A program made the position numbers and the translations under genes. Of a stretch of 64,000 nt of DNA, positions 39,241-52,773 are shown in pieces (positions within the stretch are counted from its first letter, which is position 1; each line of letters starts with the position of its first letter). Source of the stretch: Euprymna scolopes (taxonomy: Eukaryota); assembly GCA_053919585.1 (NCBI GenBank), contig CM132792.1; one strand, written 5' to 3'. The notes beneath the pieces are model-generated. The model ran no database searches and was not told the DNA's origin. It worked only from the letters and a program-made list of their open reading frames with translations.

Positions 39241-39347
39241 CTACTAAATATATCACGCGTTTTATGTAGATGTATTTATTTGTTTTTGTTAGCGATACTG
39301 TAGGCTTCTTATCATAGGGTCCCGATTGGGAGTCTCGCTAGATTCAG

Positions 39348-39388
39348 CCACTCTGATGAGTCGTAGACGACGAAACACATGTCAGTGG
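39348..39388 (+). ncRNA. Minimal type I hammerhead ribozyme, core intact
   Basis: Stem I ccact/agtgg, CTGATGA, stem II gtcg/cgac, GAAA, short stem III with palindromic acatgt, cleavage triplet GTC (after 39383). Confidence 0.9.
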
Positions 39389-39549
39389 ATAATTATATTT
39401 TAAAAAACAATATATATGCCGCTCCCTATTAAGGAGGTACCAGATTGGTCAATAGGAAAATTATTCCAAACAAGCATTTAGGTAAAAATGCACTTTCGTA
39501 TAAATACTTGAATGCATTCAAGAAAGTATCGCTAACAAAAACAAATAAA

Positions 39550-39591
<42 letters not shown>

Positions 39592-40069
39592 TACACTAGC
39601 AGAATAATTGAATGCTGCGCCAAGTTAATTGATACTCAAGTCATGTTCCATACTTCCGCTTATATTCTTTTTGTTATCGATATTGCTGAAATAGGTTATT
39701 TTTCAATCAACTCTACTGCTTGCCTTCTTTCCTCCAAGTCGCTCCGGTCTTATTGTACTGAGGAGCACCTACCTTATATTTAGTAAATAATATTTTCATT
39801 ATAGCTTGAAATTTAGTTAAAAAAAGCCAGAGTTATGTCATGGATCAGTTTTGGTCTACACAAAAAACAACTATCACTCTCTTTTAAAAGATACTACAGT
39901 TGATTTGAAAAGATTGCTTTTTTGCTTATCCGGTGATGAAATTTCTCCAATGCACTGGTGATATGAGGCTGTATAGTAGTGGTAACTTTATTAAAAATTG
40001 AACTGTTCCTTTTTAATCGGATTTTAAATAACAATCGGCCAAAGAAAAAAACTTATATAAGGAATATGG

Positions 40070-41119
40070 GAATTGATTATTCTTATTTTATATTAATGTT
40101 TTCAATATTTTTCAGCTTAAATTTCCAATTATAATTGCTTAAATAATTCATAGACTTGACATTTTAGAAGCGTGCTCGCCAGAACACTCTGACACACATA
40201 TTAAAACAATGTGCATTTTGTATATAAGTAGAGATTATATAAATATTCTCCTGTTTTGTCATGAAATTGATGAGTTTGACGTTGGCATCACATGCACTCA
40301 GTATCAAGAAACAAGAAGAGGATATAGAACATTGTCATATCATGGAATCTGTCAAAACGTTGTAACCTCCTTTACTAATACGAAGTCAAAATTTAGTGTA
40401 CTTTTTATTTTATGTTTGATAGAAAATCATGGAATGTTAAGACCAATAGGATTGAAGGATAGAAAATGGTATTAGTATACTATGCGTAACATATCATGTA
40501 TCGACGCAGGGAAAACAATATCGCAACTGATACTCTCTTACTTTCACAGTTTATATCTCTTGCCAACAAAATAATCATTGAAGGAAGTTAGCAAAATATG
40601 TGCTATCTAAAAACAAGAAAATTTGCTTGATTCGTTAAAGTAATGACGTATTCCATACTATATTAAAATCTTACAAACTTTTATTATGTGTTCTGTTTTA
40701 GATTCAGACTAGGGTGCTACATACAATCAGTAGGAAGCTGACGCCTTCTACATTGGTAACAGTATAGAATGATAACCTGGACAAATGATAATACAGATGG
40801 AATTTTGGAGAGCTTCACGTTGTCGCTACCGTACGCAACCAATGTTTTTACAGATGAATACTTGATAAAGAATTATCAAGAAAAGAATGCATACAATAAC
40901 CACGTGGTTAATATTAAATAAATGATCTTCATCAATAGTAACAAACAACATTTTTGTTATAAAGAATTCAGCATTTATCAATGCCTAGAGGCAACTACAA
41001 CCTTTCGCTTTTATAATTAAGAAACGATATTACGGCTAAGACGTCATATATAGATTCAGTAAACAAAAGAACATTACTGATACACTTTCAAACGTACAGT
41101 GCAGTGTACTTACCAACAA
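40070..41119 (+). repeat. Left arm of a ~1.05 kb inverted duplication
   Basis: Reverse complement of 47143-48195. ORFs 40209..40475 (+) and 47790..48056 (-) differ at only a few residues. Confidence 0.95.
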
Positions 41120-41231
41120 TCGAAGTTTAGAGAGGATACACAAAACTGTTTACTATCTCGACATAAGATACTTTGCACGCTCTGAAAACAATCAAACGGT
41201 TTCGAAAACATTAATAGTGTTTATGAAGTTT

Positions 41232-44200
41232 GTTTTTTCACCCCGAACAAGGCACACTGCCACTTTGGTTTAGAGGACTATTATCAGGGGTAACAACTAC
41301 TGGGACACTATGTTGGGATTTGTGCAGCAAGATGTCGGTTCACATTACACTTACACTTCTGCATGTCAGTTCAGGTGGGGAAGCAGGGAACTGGAATGGG
41401 AGTCCAGAGTCTAGCGGGTCTGGGGAAGAAACTACTGGAGTAGAAAGATATTTTACATCTAGGGATCTCTACTGTGTGGGGGTGGGGTTTAGTTGCTTGT
41501 CGGGTTTGTCGAGCGTGTCCATATCGTGGGGGCACAAGTGTCTGCAGTTCGCCAGAGGATTCATCATTAATATACTTGTAGAACCTGCAGAGGGATGTGA
41601 TATTTCGTCGATGGGACAGAGGTTGAAGCTTAGGTGCCAGTTCAGGGTCTATCATATTGGCGACTTTCTTTTGAAGCTTGTCTCGGAGGGAGAGACAAGT
41701 AGCAGATGCACCAGCCCAAATGTGACAACAATACTCCATACATGGGCCCATTTGTTTTCCTGTCATGCCTGTTATAGACTGTGGTGTCATCAGTATATAT
41801 ACCTATCTCAGAGGCAATTTTGTCGGGGAGGTAATTAATCACTATTAGGAATAATAGAGGTACAAGGATGGACCCTTGAGGCACTCCCGCGTTTATATCA
41901 TATTGTTTAGATGTATGACCGTCGAGGACAACCTGGATTTTTCTCTTACCTAAGAAGTATTAAATTATTTTAAGTATTTTACCAGAGATACTGTATGATT
42001 TAATTTTCCTGAGGAGACACTAATGCCATACCCTGTCAAAATATTTCTAGAGCTACCGCTCTGCCCTCCCCCGCTTTGCCCAGTGACTAGTATATACGTT
42101 CAGAGATTACAGTGAGGATCTCTGCGGTGGAACGGGCTTTCCTAAATCCATATTGTCCGTCAGTCAGAAGTGTAGCATATGAAAGGTGATGGACTAGAGC
42201 ATGGTTAATTATGGTCTCAAATAGTTTGGCGGAACGTGGGAGGAGGCTATTGGGGCGATAATTTCATTGGTCAGTTCTTTCGCTAAAATTCTTGAATATT
42301 GGTAGCACAGAAGCAGTTTTCCAACAGCCCGGAAAGAAAGACTCATTTAGACATTTGTTGTAGAGTTTGAAGAGAAAAAGAGCTACTTCAGCTGAGAACT
42401 TTTTTTAATAGCACAGCTGGGATGAGCTCAGGTCCACATGCTTTTGAAGTGTCAAGGTTTTTATGATAGCATGCACCTGAGCAGGGGTGATTTTTAGATC
42501 GTCTAGCGTGGCGTCTGTCCTCAAAGGAAGGTCGGGTAGGGGGTGGTTGGAAGGTCCAGTGTGAAGTTTGAGGAAAACCGACTGGCAAGCATATTAGCCT
42601 TGACGGTTGCTGAGCAAACAACCTCGTGATTGTTGGGTAGTAGGGGAATTATTGACTGCCCATTATTTACTACACTGTTGTAGATTTTCTAGAACTCACG
42701 AGTTCCTAATATTTGTGCTTCGATGCGTTTTTTTACTGGTTTCAGTAAATTCTATCTCAGCTGTCGCTATTTCTTTCTTAATGTTACTTCTAGCTTCTAT
42801 ATACTTCTGTCTGTTTGAACTGGACTTATGTCGGTTAAATCTGTGGTACGCATGCTGCCTTTGACCAATCACTGTTGCGCAAGTCGAAGTAAACCATTGG
42901 GAAGAGTGGAGCTTGCTATAAAATTTCCGCGTGGGAACATGTGCTTCAATTGCCGTTTTGAACCATTCTCTGGTCTTATTTGCGAACTGTTCAGCCGGGA
43001 GAGAAACAAATATTTTCCCATGGCGCATATCTGATGAGATCTCTGATTGCTTCTCAGTCAGCTTTTGTATAATATCTCGTTGGTGTGAGCACTGGTTCTT
43101 CAGTTTTGGGTGTAGAGTTTTAACCGATTTCGACCATTATCACTGCATGAGCAGCGTTCCCGAGTGGGCTGTCAGCACTTGTTATACAATCATCGGGAAC
43201 TGTGGTCAGATACAGATCTAGAAGTGATGTATGTTGTTCTTGCTGGTCAGGGAAACAGGTTGGAAACGTAACCATTGGTGATAGAGAATTATATATAGCG
43301 AAGCTGTGTGTTGTGCTGCCTGCTGCATCCGTGTAAGTAGAGAATACAAGCCAGTTTTTGTGGTGAACATTAAAGTCCCAAATACATGTACTTGTTCTCT
43401 AGTGTCGAGGGAGAGTGTTGTGTCTATGATGTCAGAGATTTTGTTATTTATGGTGCAGTCCTGGGTCGACGGAGAGCGGTAGAGAAAATAAAATAGCTAA
43501 TGTTGGGTGGTATTTTTAGTCTAAAGCACATAAAGGCTTGATCGTCCGATTCTAGGTTTGTTTCTCTAGTCAAGAGGAGGGTGTTACGAATTTAGACTCA
43601 AAGTCCGTGCATATGTTTGTCAAAGTCCTAACGAGAGAGTGTGAGATAACCATGCATTTTTAAGTAGTTAGAGGGGAGGGCGGATTGTTGGTTAATCTCA
43701 CTTAGTGCTAAGATATCCGGGGTATCATCAGCCAAATTAGTTATAAGCCCACGGATGTTCGTGAATGCAAGACTCAAGGGAGAAGGCAAGTTGGATTTGT
43801 TGGTCCCGAAGTCTGATTTAAGCTTATATTTTTTATTCTACTGTCATCATGTATTTAAAGAGTTTCAGTTAGGTAAGTGGGAGTTGAACAAGAGGTTATG
43901 GAGAGTATCAGACATGCAACACAAGTAGACCATCAGCTGACCTTTCTTACAACTAGGACTGTGACATCAGGGGATGAGTGCAGGGGGCCTTTTAATGCGC
44001 TACATAATACTACAAACACCCCGATATTATACAGCTGTTGATGGAGCAGCTGCTCTAAGCGCTATTAAAGATGTATGGCTCATATACTACCAGTGGGAAA
44101 CAGCAGATAGGAACTGTCAATCCGGTACCCACAAGCCATCAGTAGAAGGTTCATCCAATCTAATTGCACAGGCATATGTGGTAGTCAAGCACTCCCAAGT

Positions 44201-44805
44201 TCTTAGTTTTGTATCTGTGGGAGGTATCGGGAGTGGGGAAAACGGCGTTCGTTGCCCTAGACAAGAAACAAGATCTACCACTGAGTGTTTTTTGTCGAAT
44301 CATGTGATAGCGTCTCTGCGCCTGACTAATAGGAAAAGAAGGAGTATGGAAGCCGGGCGATAGACAGAACCTATCTATTCCTTAAGCAGTTTAGAGTTGC
44401 AGACTGAAAATTTCTTTGAGTCACCAGCTCTAGGAAGGTTGTAGTCCAAGACTGGAGAGACCTCCCCCGACTTTGGTTTAGTTTCAGCGTTTTCCTTCTC
44501 CTAGACGGGTGATCTGGGAAGATCTACTGCGTCCACCAGCACTGAGGATGTTTGCTGCGCGCCTGGGTCCTAATCCAGGTGTTTCTGCGACTCCGCGTGG
44601 TTAGTTAATGTTACTGGGTTAGTTTGTAGAGTTTATATATCTAATGAATAGTTACACAATTCAAAGTGGTTTAGGGGCATTTCTATTTCATTATTACGTT
44701 AAAAAAACAAAACAACTCATGCTGTGAAAGCAACTATGTGAGCAGGCTTGTTAGAAAGGCGTTAGTGTGGATTGAGATATTTACCTTTAGGTTTTTACAT
44801 TTTTT
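41232..44805 (-). mobile_element. CR1-clade LINE copy 2 (full leader, internal deletion near the RT C-terminus)
   Basis: Colinear with copy 1 from aaaacctaa.ggtaaa to ggggtgaaaa. At ~41750 RKTN joins directly to GPCMEYC, skipping roughly 36495-36835 of copy 1. Confidence 0.93.
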
Positions 44806-44819
44806 AAATTTTATTTATA

Positions 44820-45510
44820 TATTAGCTTAGGTACAGGATAACGTTACAGCGTGGGTAAGTATTAGGCATTGAGCTTAGAATTTTGTCCTATTCACTGTGC
44901 ATTTAAGATTACAGGAGGGTTAAGATGTAGGTGCAGTACAATACGAGTATAACTGGAGGTAAATTTAAAGTCATGGCGTATTCCGTACGTATAATTTAGT
45001 AAATAGATATTAGGGAAAGTTTTCAGTACATGCGAATAGATAGAAGTCGTGGGTGGTTGTGTATTCCTACTATTAAAGGAAGATAATTTTAGTTTTCATT
45101 TAAGAGTCATCAAACGTTTTTCATAACAGAGAGTGTGGGATTTGGTTTTGTATTAATCGTTACAAAACGATCTAGGAAGGGTATTATTATGTAATGAATA
45201 TCGCTTTGAATCTAAGTGCATACTTTGGCTGGTAAGTACCAAATTGCATAAGAATGAACTCTATTGCATGTCTTAGAGGTAGAAATGTATAGATGTTTAT
45301 TGATGACTGTTAGGCGGTTAGCATGTGAAGGCCAGGAGATGAGGGCTAAGGATTCCACTACTAAGGCGTGTGTAATGTAGAGTTTTAGTGACAGATAGAG
45401 GGACAGATTTGTAGCTTTCAAGGGACGGGGTTATTAACTTACAGAATACAGTAGAGTGTCATTAGGATTTAGAGTTTCGAGTAATGTTTTAGCTTGGGAA
45501 ACAACAAAAT
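44820..45510 (-). mobile_element. Old LINE RT C-terminal remnant (different family)
   Basis: KLYITHALVVESLALISWPSH resembles the LY..LV...LEY...W.P motif of CR1/L2-type RT C-termini. Confidence 0.35.
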
Positions 45511-47142
45511 TGTTTTCTTCTTTTCCCCTATTTAACATGCAGGTTAGACAAAGTCAGTCGTCTTGAAGGTAAATCGAAACAATTATTACACGGTGATTCG
45601 GAATTCGTATGTATAGGCAGTCATTAAGATAAGGGACAAAACATTGATATAGATTTCAGTTAAAATATAGTAGCAGTTAATTATAAGCTATATCCAGTGG
45701 TTTGGTAGAGATAGCAACGAGGCCTCTTTATTAAAACAAGCGAGCATATTGTAATTGTAGATAATAAGTATATTACTTAAATAAAGTTCTTCTGACTTCG
45801 ACAGTAGATAAAATACATCCACGTTTGTGCTAATTTCGGAAAATTTATCCTGCCTAAACTATTTTTGTGTCTAGCCTTCCTTAATTCAGAGTTTGGAATT
45901 AATCATTTATTTTAGCTGGGAGAGAGCCTGGTTGTTGATTTGCTGGGGGATAATTTTAAAACTAGGCAAGGGAACGAAAATAAAGACAATAAATACATAT
46001 ATAAATTATTAAAATACACATAATTACAAATAATTACAAATTACTAAATGAAATAAGAAAATTTAAAGAGAAGAAATAACAAAGTTAGCATTGTTTTAGG
46101 ATGCGTATGGATTCGGATAACACTTATATTGCCATGAGTACCACGACAATTCTACAGATAACCATATTTGGTGGAGGGGTTGAGTGATTTCTTTGACCGG
46201 ATATTATACATGTTTGTAACTATTTATAGGACATAAATTCATGAATCGAATTCAACGCACATGCGTGTATATGTTAATTTTACTTCTTTTTCTTTTTTTT
46301 TTGGCTTTAAGCCATTCTTCTGACTTCGACGGTAGATATTTGTTTGATGTTACCCACAATTATATACATCAGCATTATTCTGTCTTTTAACAGCAATTAA
46401 ACCAATAGAATGAATCAGTATTTAGGCTAATTGCTCATGTTTTGTTTTACATTAAACTACTTATTTACGAGCATGAATTCATATTTTACTCCTGCATGTA
46501 AAAACTTACAACTGATTCAGTAATTAAACGTCAACATTAAATATTTACAGGGTTTGCCCTCCTGAATAACTGAGCGAATTAGAGATTATGTATGTATATT
46601 AAAGGATCAGGTCAACGCCTTCACAAATTTTGCCATACTTATAATACAAACAGAAAATTACCATCCACGACAAAACGGTCCACGTAAGCAATAAAACAAA
46701 AACACTAGGAATTACATTTTAGTAAGCTTAGCCCGAAGGAATCCCAATAAGAATCGGTGTATTCAGAAATAGTATTATATAATACATATTCTATATACTG
46801 CTCACAATGATATTACGCGGGAAATTTTTTCCTTGACATCTTCGGCCTCTCGGTAATTAGACATTGTTTATTTAATCATCTACGCCAGATGTGAGTGTTT
46901 TGTGTGCCCATTTAATATAAAATACGTGTTGATCTAGTAGAATTACGCAAAGCTAATTCAGAAACCATCTATTTAAAAGTTGCTATTGGATGTGAGGATT
47001 TAACATCTCTATATAAATTAGTACCCGTGGTAAATTTTCTGCAAAACAAACGATATATTTAATGAATAAACTAGAGGGGTGCGAATTAATTTACTGAAGA
47101 AGTTAGTCGATGCAGATATTCAAACTATCGTTTCTTAATTAT

Positions 47143-48195
47143 TTGTCGGTAAGTACACTGCACTGTACGTTTGAAAGTGTATCAGTTATGTTCTTTTGTT
47201 TACTGAATCAATATATGACGTCTTAGCCGTATTATCGTTTCTTAATTATAAAAGCGAAAGGTTGTAGTTGCCTCTAGGCATTGATAAATGCTGAATTCTT
47301 TGTAACAAAAAATGCCGTGTGTTACTATTGCTGAAGATCATTTATTTAATATTAACCAAGTGGTTATTGTAAACATTCTTTTCCTGATTATTCTTTATCA
47401 AGTATTCATCTGTAAAAAACATTGGTTGCGTACGGTAGCGACAACGTGAAGCTCTCCAAGATTCCATCTGTATTATCATTTGTCCAGGTTATCAGTCTAT
47501 ACTGTTACCAATATAGAAGGCGTCAGCTTCCTACTGATTGTATATAGACTCCTAGTCTGAATCTAAAACAGAACACATAATAAAAGTTTGTAAGATTTTA
47601 ATATAGTATGGAATACGTCATTACCTTAACGAATCAAGCACATTTCCTTATTTTAAGATAGAACATATTTTTGCTAACTTTCTTTAACGATTATTTTGTT
47701 GGCAAGAGATATACACTGTGCAAGTAAGAGAGTATCAGTTGCGATATTGTTTTCCCTGCGTCGATACATGATATGTTACGCATAGTATACTAATACCATT
47801 TTCTATCCTTCAATCCTATTAGTCCTAACATTCCATGATTTTCTATCAAACATGAAATAAAAAGTACGCTAAATTTTGACTTCGTATTAGTAAAGGAGGT
47901 TACAACGTTTTGACAGATTCCATGATATGACAATGTTCTATATCCTCTTCTTGTTTCTTGATACTGAGTGACTGTGATGCCAACGTCAAACTCATCAATT
48001 TCATGACAAAACAGAAGAATATTTATATAATCTCTACTTATATACAAAATGCACATTGTTTTAATATGTGTATCAGAGTGTTCTGGCGAGCACGCTACTT
48101 AAATGTCAAGTCTATTAATTATTTAAGCAATTATAATTAGCAATTTAAGCTGAAAAATATTGAGAACATTAATATAAAATAAGAATAATCAATTC
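47143..48195 (-). repeat. Right arm of the inverted duplication
   Basis: See 40070-41119. Confidence 0.95.
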
Positions 48196-48199
48196 GCAG

Positions 48200-49000
48200 G
48201 TTACATGAAAAATAGTCTTCCCTTACTTTGAACGCGATAAGCTTATAATATCTCACAATTATTCGTTGTATTGTGTCTTTTGAAACGGACACTAATGTTT
48301 TCAACATATGTAATTACGTCATTTCATATTCGTTGGTCATTTTTAATATATTTGATGACGCATTTGCTTCTCGTATAGTCGTAACGTTGAACAGTAAAAT
48401 TAAGGGAGTTGTTTCTATTTGACATTAAGAAAGCTCCATTTAATATTGTTTCAATGAACCTTATTTGAAAGAATATGCAGGTAACATGGATTGATCCCAT
48501 CATCAATCGAAACGTTTTTATTTTCAATGTTTTTACTTCGTACCAATTGAAATTGTTAAAAGGACAGGTGGTTCTGATCGGTAGCATATCGCAGGCTAGA
48601 ATATTGATACGAGAATAAGTTTTTGATGAACCAGGCATATGCACTATTGAAGATGTTGGGAGCCAATATAAGCACTGACTTCGAAAGTATCTGTAACAAC
48701 ACCAACAACCATAAACTATGTATACCCCTACAAATGTATATGGAAGTTTTAACCGGGATTAGCTCTATATATGAGTAAGGCCGCTCAATAAAGTTCAACA
48801 GATATACTGGTCACCCAGAACAACTCTCATAGCACGATAATTTGGCCTGATCGTCTACATTGAGAGAGGGTTTATGAGAGTTTCACGATGTATTGTTTCA
48901 ATAAGAAAAATCCCTCAACCCAGGAAAAATGGTGCGGCCCACGTCAGGATGTGCTTGTTTCCAGCGTCAAGCTAGGCAATACTCTCGTGATAGATGGTTT
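48200..49000 (-). pseudogene. Possible decayed IPT/TIG-repeat exon
   Basis: After acceptor-like ttttttttag the frame reads KPSITRVLPS...LIYRANP...GYT*FMVVG...VSAYIGSQ. Multiple stops. Confidence 0.25.
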
Positions 49001-49747
49001 CTAAAAAAAACTCAATTGACGGTCGGTGTTCTAGCAATGCGAAGTCTTTCGCAGAAGCAATAAGTAAAACGTCAGTCCTTGTTTTTCTTTTTTATAAGAA
49101 ATTACATAACAGAAACTATATAACTGCAAGTTCTTATAAAATACTATTGCATATGTAATAAAAATGTAATCACTTTAGAGTCGACAGCTAACACATATCG
49201 CATCATCTGCTACCGATAACGCTTAGTTCTCATATCATATCACTGTACAAATTAATTTTATAGTCAGAGACGAAATCACCTCACAGTTCACAGTTCAATA
49301 GGTGTTGTATCATCTGCGACCTAGAAGGCTTTAACATTGAAAACGGTCATCGATAAATCCAGATTCAATTTTCATATATCGTAAACGTCGCCACTATTAC
49401 GGAGATCTGGCCTTTTCCTTCTTTTGTTATACATGCTCACGAACAATCGGCAGAGGTGGATGTACGGGTTGGGAGGGAAGCCTTTGTAACAGTAATTTCA
49501 TCAGCAGTGAGGATTTCTTTTGGCGCACTTAAAACTATTCTATACTTTGTTTATGCAAAATAAGATATATAATGAAAATGTTATTCAGCTTGCAAGCGAA
49601 CAATATCAAACAAAGGATCTCAAAGTTGGCGAAATGTAGAGGCGTTCAGAGCCGTTTAAGATACTGGCTCAAACTACACAAAACTCATTAAAAACCGTTA
49701 TTACATAAGCTTACATAATAAGGTAGATGAAAGAAAGCCTTCTTCTC

Positions 49748-49875
49748 CAGTAGTTTCTTCCCCAGAACCGTTAGACTTTGGAATTCCCTTCCGGGTTCCT
49801 GATTCCCCAACTGCACTTACACGCAGAAGTTCAAGTGTAACGTGAACCGACGTCTTGCTGCCCAACTCCCCACAG
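49748..49875 (+). mobile_element. CR1 3' fragment
   Basis: agtagtttcttcccagaaccg...aagttcaagtgtaacgtgaac matches ~37150-37270. Confidence 0.9.
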
Positions 49876-50257
49876 CATCGTCCACATGGTAAACGTTTTA
49901 AGTGAACTGTCTTATAACCTCTATTATGTAAAATTCGACTGCCATAGTGGCCTGGTCATAGTCGCTCCCTTAGCTCACTCAGCTTTCCAAGGAAATGGTT
50001 GCGACATACACGCATCACCGACCCACTGTAGTCAGACAAGTTGCCCCCTAGTCACAAATACATAGCGTCCATCGCTACGCTATCGCTTATTAACTTCAAC
50101 AAATATCTACATGGTATTTCTCGATTATTATTAACATTAATGCACGAAAAATGATTGTGTATGCTTTATTGTACAGTTCATTATTAAAAAGCTACATTTC
50201 AATTCAAAACAAAGGCGACTACACACCTGAGATTTTTTACATTTTTTTACTTAGTAG

Positions 50258-50668
50258 TAACCACTTATCAAGGCCCGGAAGCCACTCGGGGATAAGGGTT
50301 ATTGCGTGTACAGTAATCGATGAGACAATATCGTAGTAATCGTTAGTAATGGAGATTTAATCAAATGTCTTACGTAAGGGGGCGGTTTATCAGGAATTTG
50401 TTTATGTTGGACTAGAAGACATCCAAGTTGTAGTCAAGTGGGAAACAGGCAAACGGAACAGAGTTCCACAGGCGTGCACTTCTAAGAAAGAAGCTTTGTT
50501 CATGAAATCTATGTTTTGATTTAGGCACAGATAAAGAGTGTGGAAAACTATTGACAGTGGATTCAGCTAGTCGAGTGTTCTTCGTGAAATATTGGCGAGG
50601 AGGGATCGGGGATTGGAGCTCAGACGGAAACTTTCCATGGAAATTTCGACAAAATAAAAAAAACATTG
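50258..50668 (-). mobile_element. 3' part of second CR1-like subfamily
   Basis: FHGKFPSELQS...HEQSFFLRSARLWNSVP..CFPLDYNLDVF. 3' tail shared with 26920-27065. Confidence 0.85.
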
Positions 50669-51212
50669 TCTACTCTTGCACCATTGCTCACTCTGGTCTT
50701 AAATTAAACGGTTAGTTCAATATATTGTATTTTTCGGGGATAAAAGTTCACCATACTACAGTTAATGTTTTTTTTTCTGAAAAAGACAAACTAAGAAAGA
50801 GAGAAGAATATGCAATATGATTTTATTCACTTCCTTCGTTCTGCTCCAGAAAACTGGGGTACATCCTTTTTCTTGGGTGGGGGCATCAGATCAGCACTTG
50901 CTTTTGTTCGGATCTCCAACATCTCAATCAAAGCTACTATCATGCAGTTATTATTATACTTCAAGATATATTTGCCCATAGGAGAGACACTTGACATTCA
51001 ACATGCCCGCCTTCTTGCTTGGTCTGCAATTCTCTCAAATTTACCATATAATTTTTTTCCTTTTAACATTTTATTTGTTGGTACCGCTCCCGTTTACACA
51101 CATTGTGGCTTCATGCCAGCCATTAGGCTCTTCGATCGACACGTCTCCAAACCACAGTTCTGCCATTTCTCAGCGTCTTATCGGCTTACGAGTATAAACC
51201 TATCCCTAGTTA

Positions 51213-51485
51213 TGTTTTGAACTATAGATTCCATCTCTATCCAGTAACTGGCGTCCAACTTCGCTTGCGTGTGTCTAGACGAGTGGAGACACAACCAATA
51301 CTGGTCTACTATTGTCCAATACGGTATTATCTCCGAGAGTTTTCTCAACGTCTAGAGACATATTTTGGACGGAGATGTAATATCTTATGCTTAGTTAGTG
51401 TTCTCTGAGTTGTAAGCTTATGCCATTTGTAAATACATATATTCATTTAAGATTTATTATATTTACAATTTGAATCTATTCAACA
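51213..51485. mobile_element. Possible solo LTR (~273 bp)
   Basis: TG...CA ends with imperfect inverted termini tgttttgaactatagattc / gaatctattcaaca. No TSD seen. Confidence 0.35.
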
Positions 51486-52320
51486 CATTTTTTATTCATC
51501 TTCATATTAAAAAATCGCAATAATGCAACCCAATGGTTTAAAATGGTAAATCAGGATGAAACAGAAGACGTAATGAGATTAAATATTTTAGCATGTAATT
51601 AAGTCATAATTACATGCGTTCGATATAAACAATAAACAAGATCAAACAATACAATAACAATACAATAAACAATATCTAGTCGATTCAATTAGAAGCATTT
51701 ACAAATTTCATCAAGGAAGACAGGGTATTCATATTGGGGTGTCTTAAAAAATCATAATGTCCCCACAAATGTAAGGCAGAGTATTTTTTTTAGAAAGAAC
51801 ATGCTTGGAAGGCTTATTTGAGAACATTTACGAGTGCATAAATCATTGAGCCTTTTTCAGTGTTGAACGTTCTTTAACTCAACATAATATTATCGTAATT
51901 ATTTTTCAAATAGACCTAATGAAAAATGACAGGTTAATTTTCGCACATTATTTGATCCATCTCATGAATAGAAACCCCTGGGATTGATTTAATATCGAAT
52001 TTGAGAAGGCACCGTTAGAGAATCAATAATCCAATCATTTTTCATTTATCGTTCTAATCAATTATATAACAGACAAAAAATAATAGCTAATAAAAAACGA
52101 GAGAATATTGAGCGCAGTTTTGATTGATCTTTAAATTAGAAATCAACAAAGTATTCGTTCAAAAGAATATTCATATTGGTTGTCTAAATGGACAAATAAA
52201 GATTAATGAAACCCCTTTTCTATATAGCACTGGCGGAAAGACCCAGCGTTCACCAAAATTAAATAAAGGGGCAAGTTCCCGTTTGTGAATCGTCTAGTAT
52301 GTAACACTATATTACTCTTT

Positions 52321-52773
52321 TCTATATATCCATAAAAGTGAGAATATCTATTAATATGACAACAGCTTGGAACCTATATACTCAACGAATTTTGATCTAC
52401 AGACTTGAAGTTTGGTATATAGTGTAATTATACATTTGGAACATTTTAAATTCGTTTTCATCCGGCAAAAACGTCTACTAAAGAGTTAAACTTAATAAAA
52501 ATATTACGTGGGGATCATCCAATTTTTTTATCTTTTTCTGACCTGTTTCGCGAATGCGCAAATCGTTTAAATGACTGATTCTTTGTTTAGAATAAAAAGG
52601 TTTTAAACTACAATATCTCATTTTCATTCCGTTTATTATTTTTTAAGGAATTAAACTGTAAGGTTTATATCCACTGTAATTTTGTTCATATCAAATATAA
52701 AAAAAAATGTGCATTAATTAAAATACATTATGATGCGTATTTTAGAACCGGGTAACGCCGGACGACCTGCTAG
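52321..52773 (+). mobile_element. Non-autonomous Helitron
   Basis: 5' TCtatatat and 3' hairpin ccgggtaacgccgg, then CTAG (52770-52773) followed by T. Confidence 0.7.

Noticed and set aside
50810-51220. 136 aa plus-strand ORF
   Set aside because: It has no recognisable domain or splice context, so I cannot support it as a gene.
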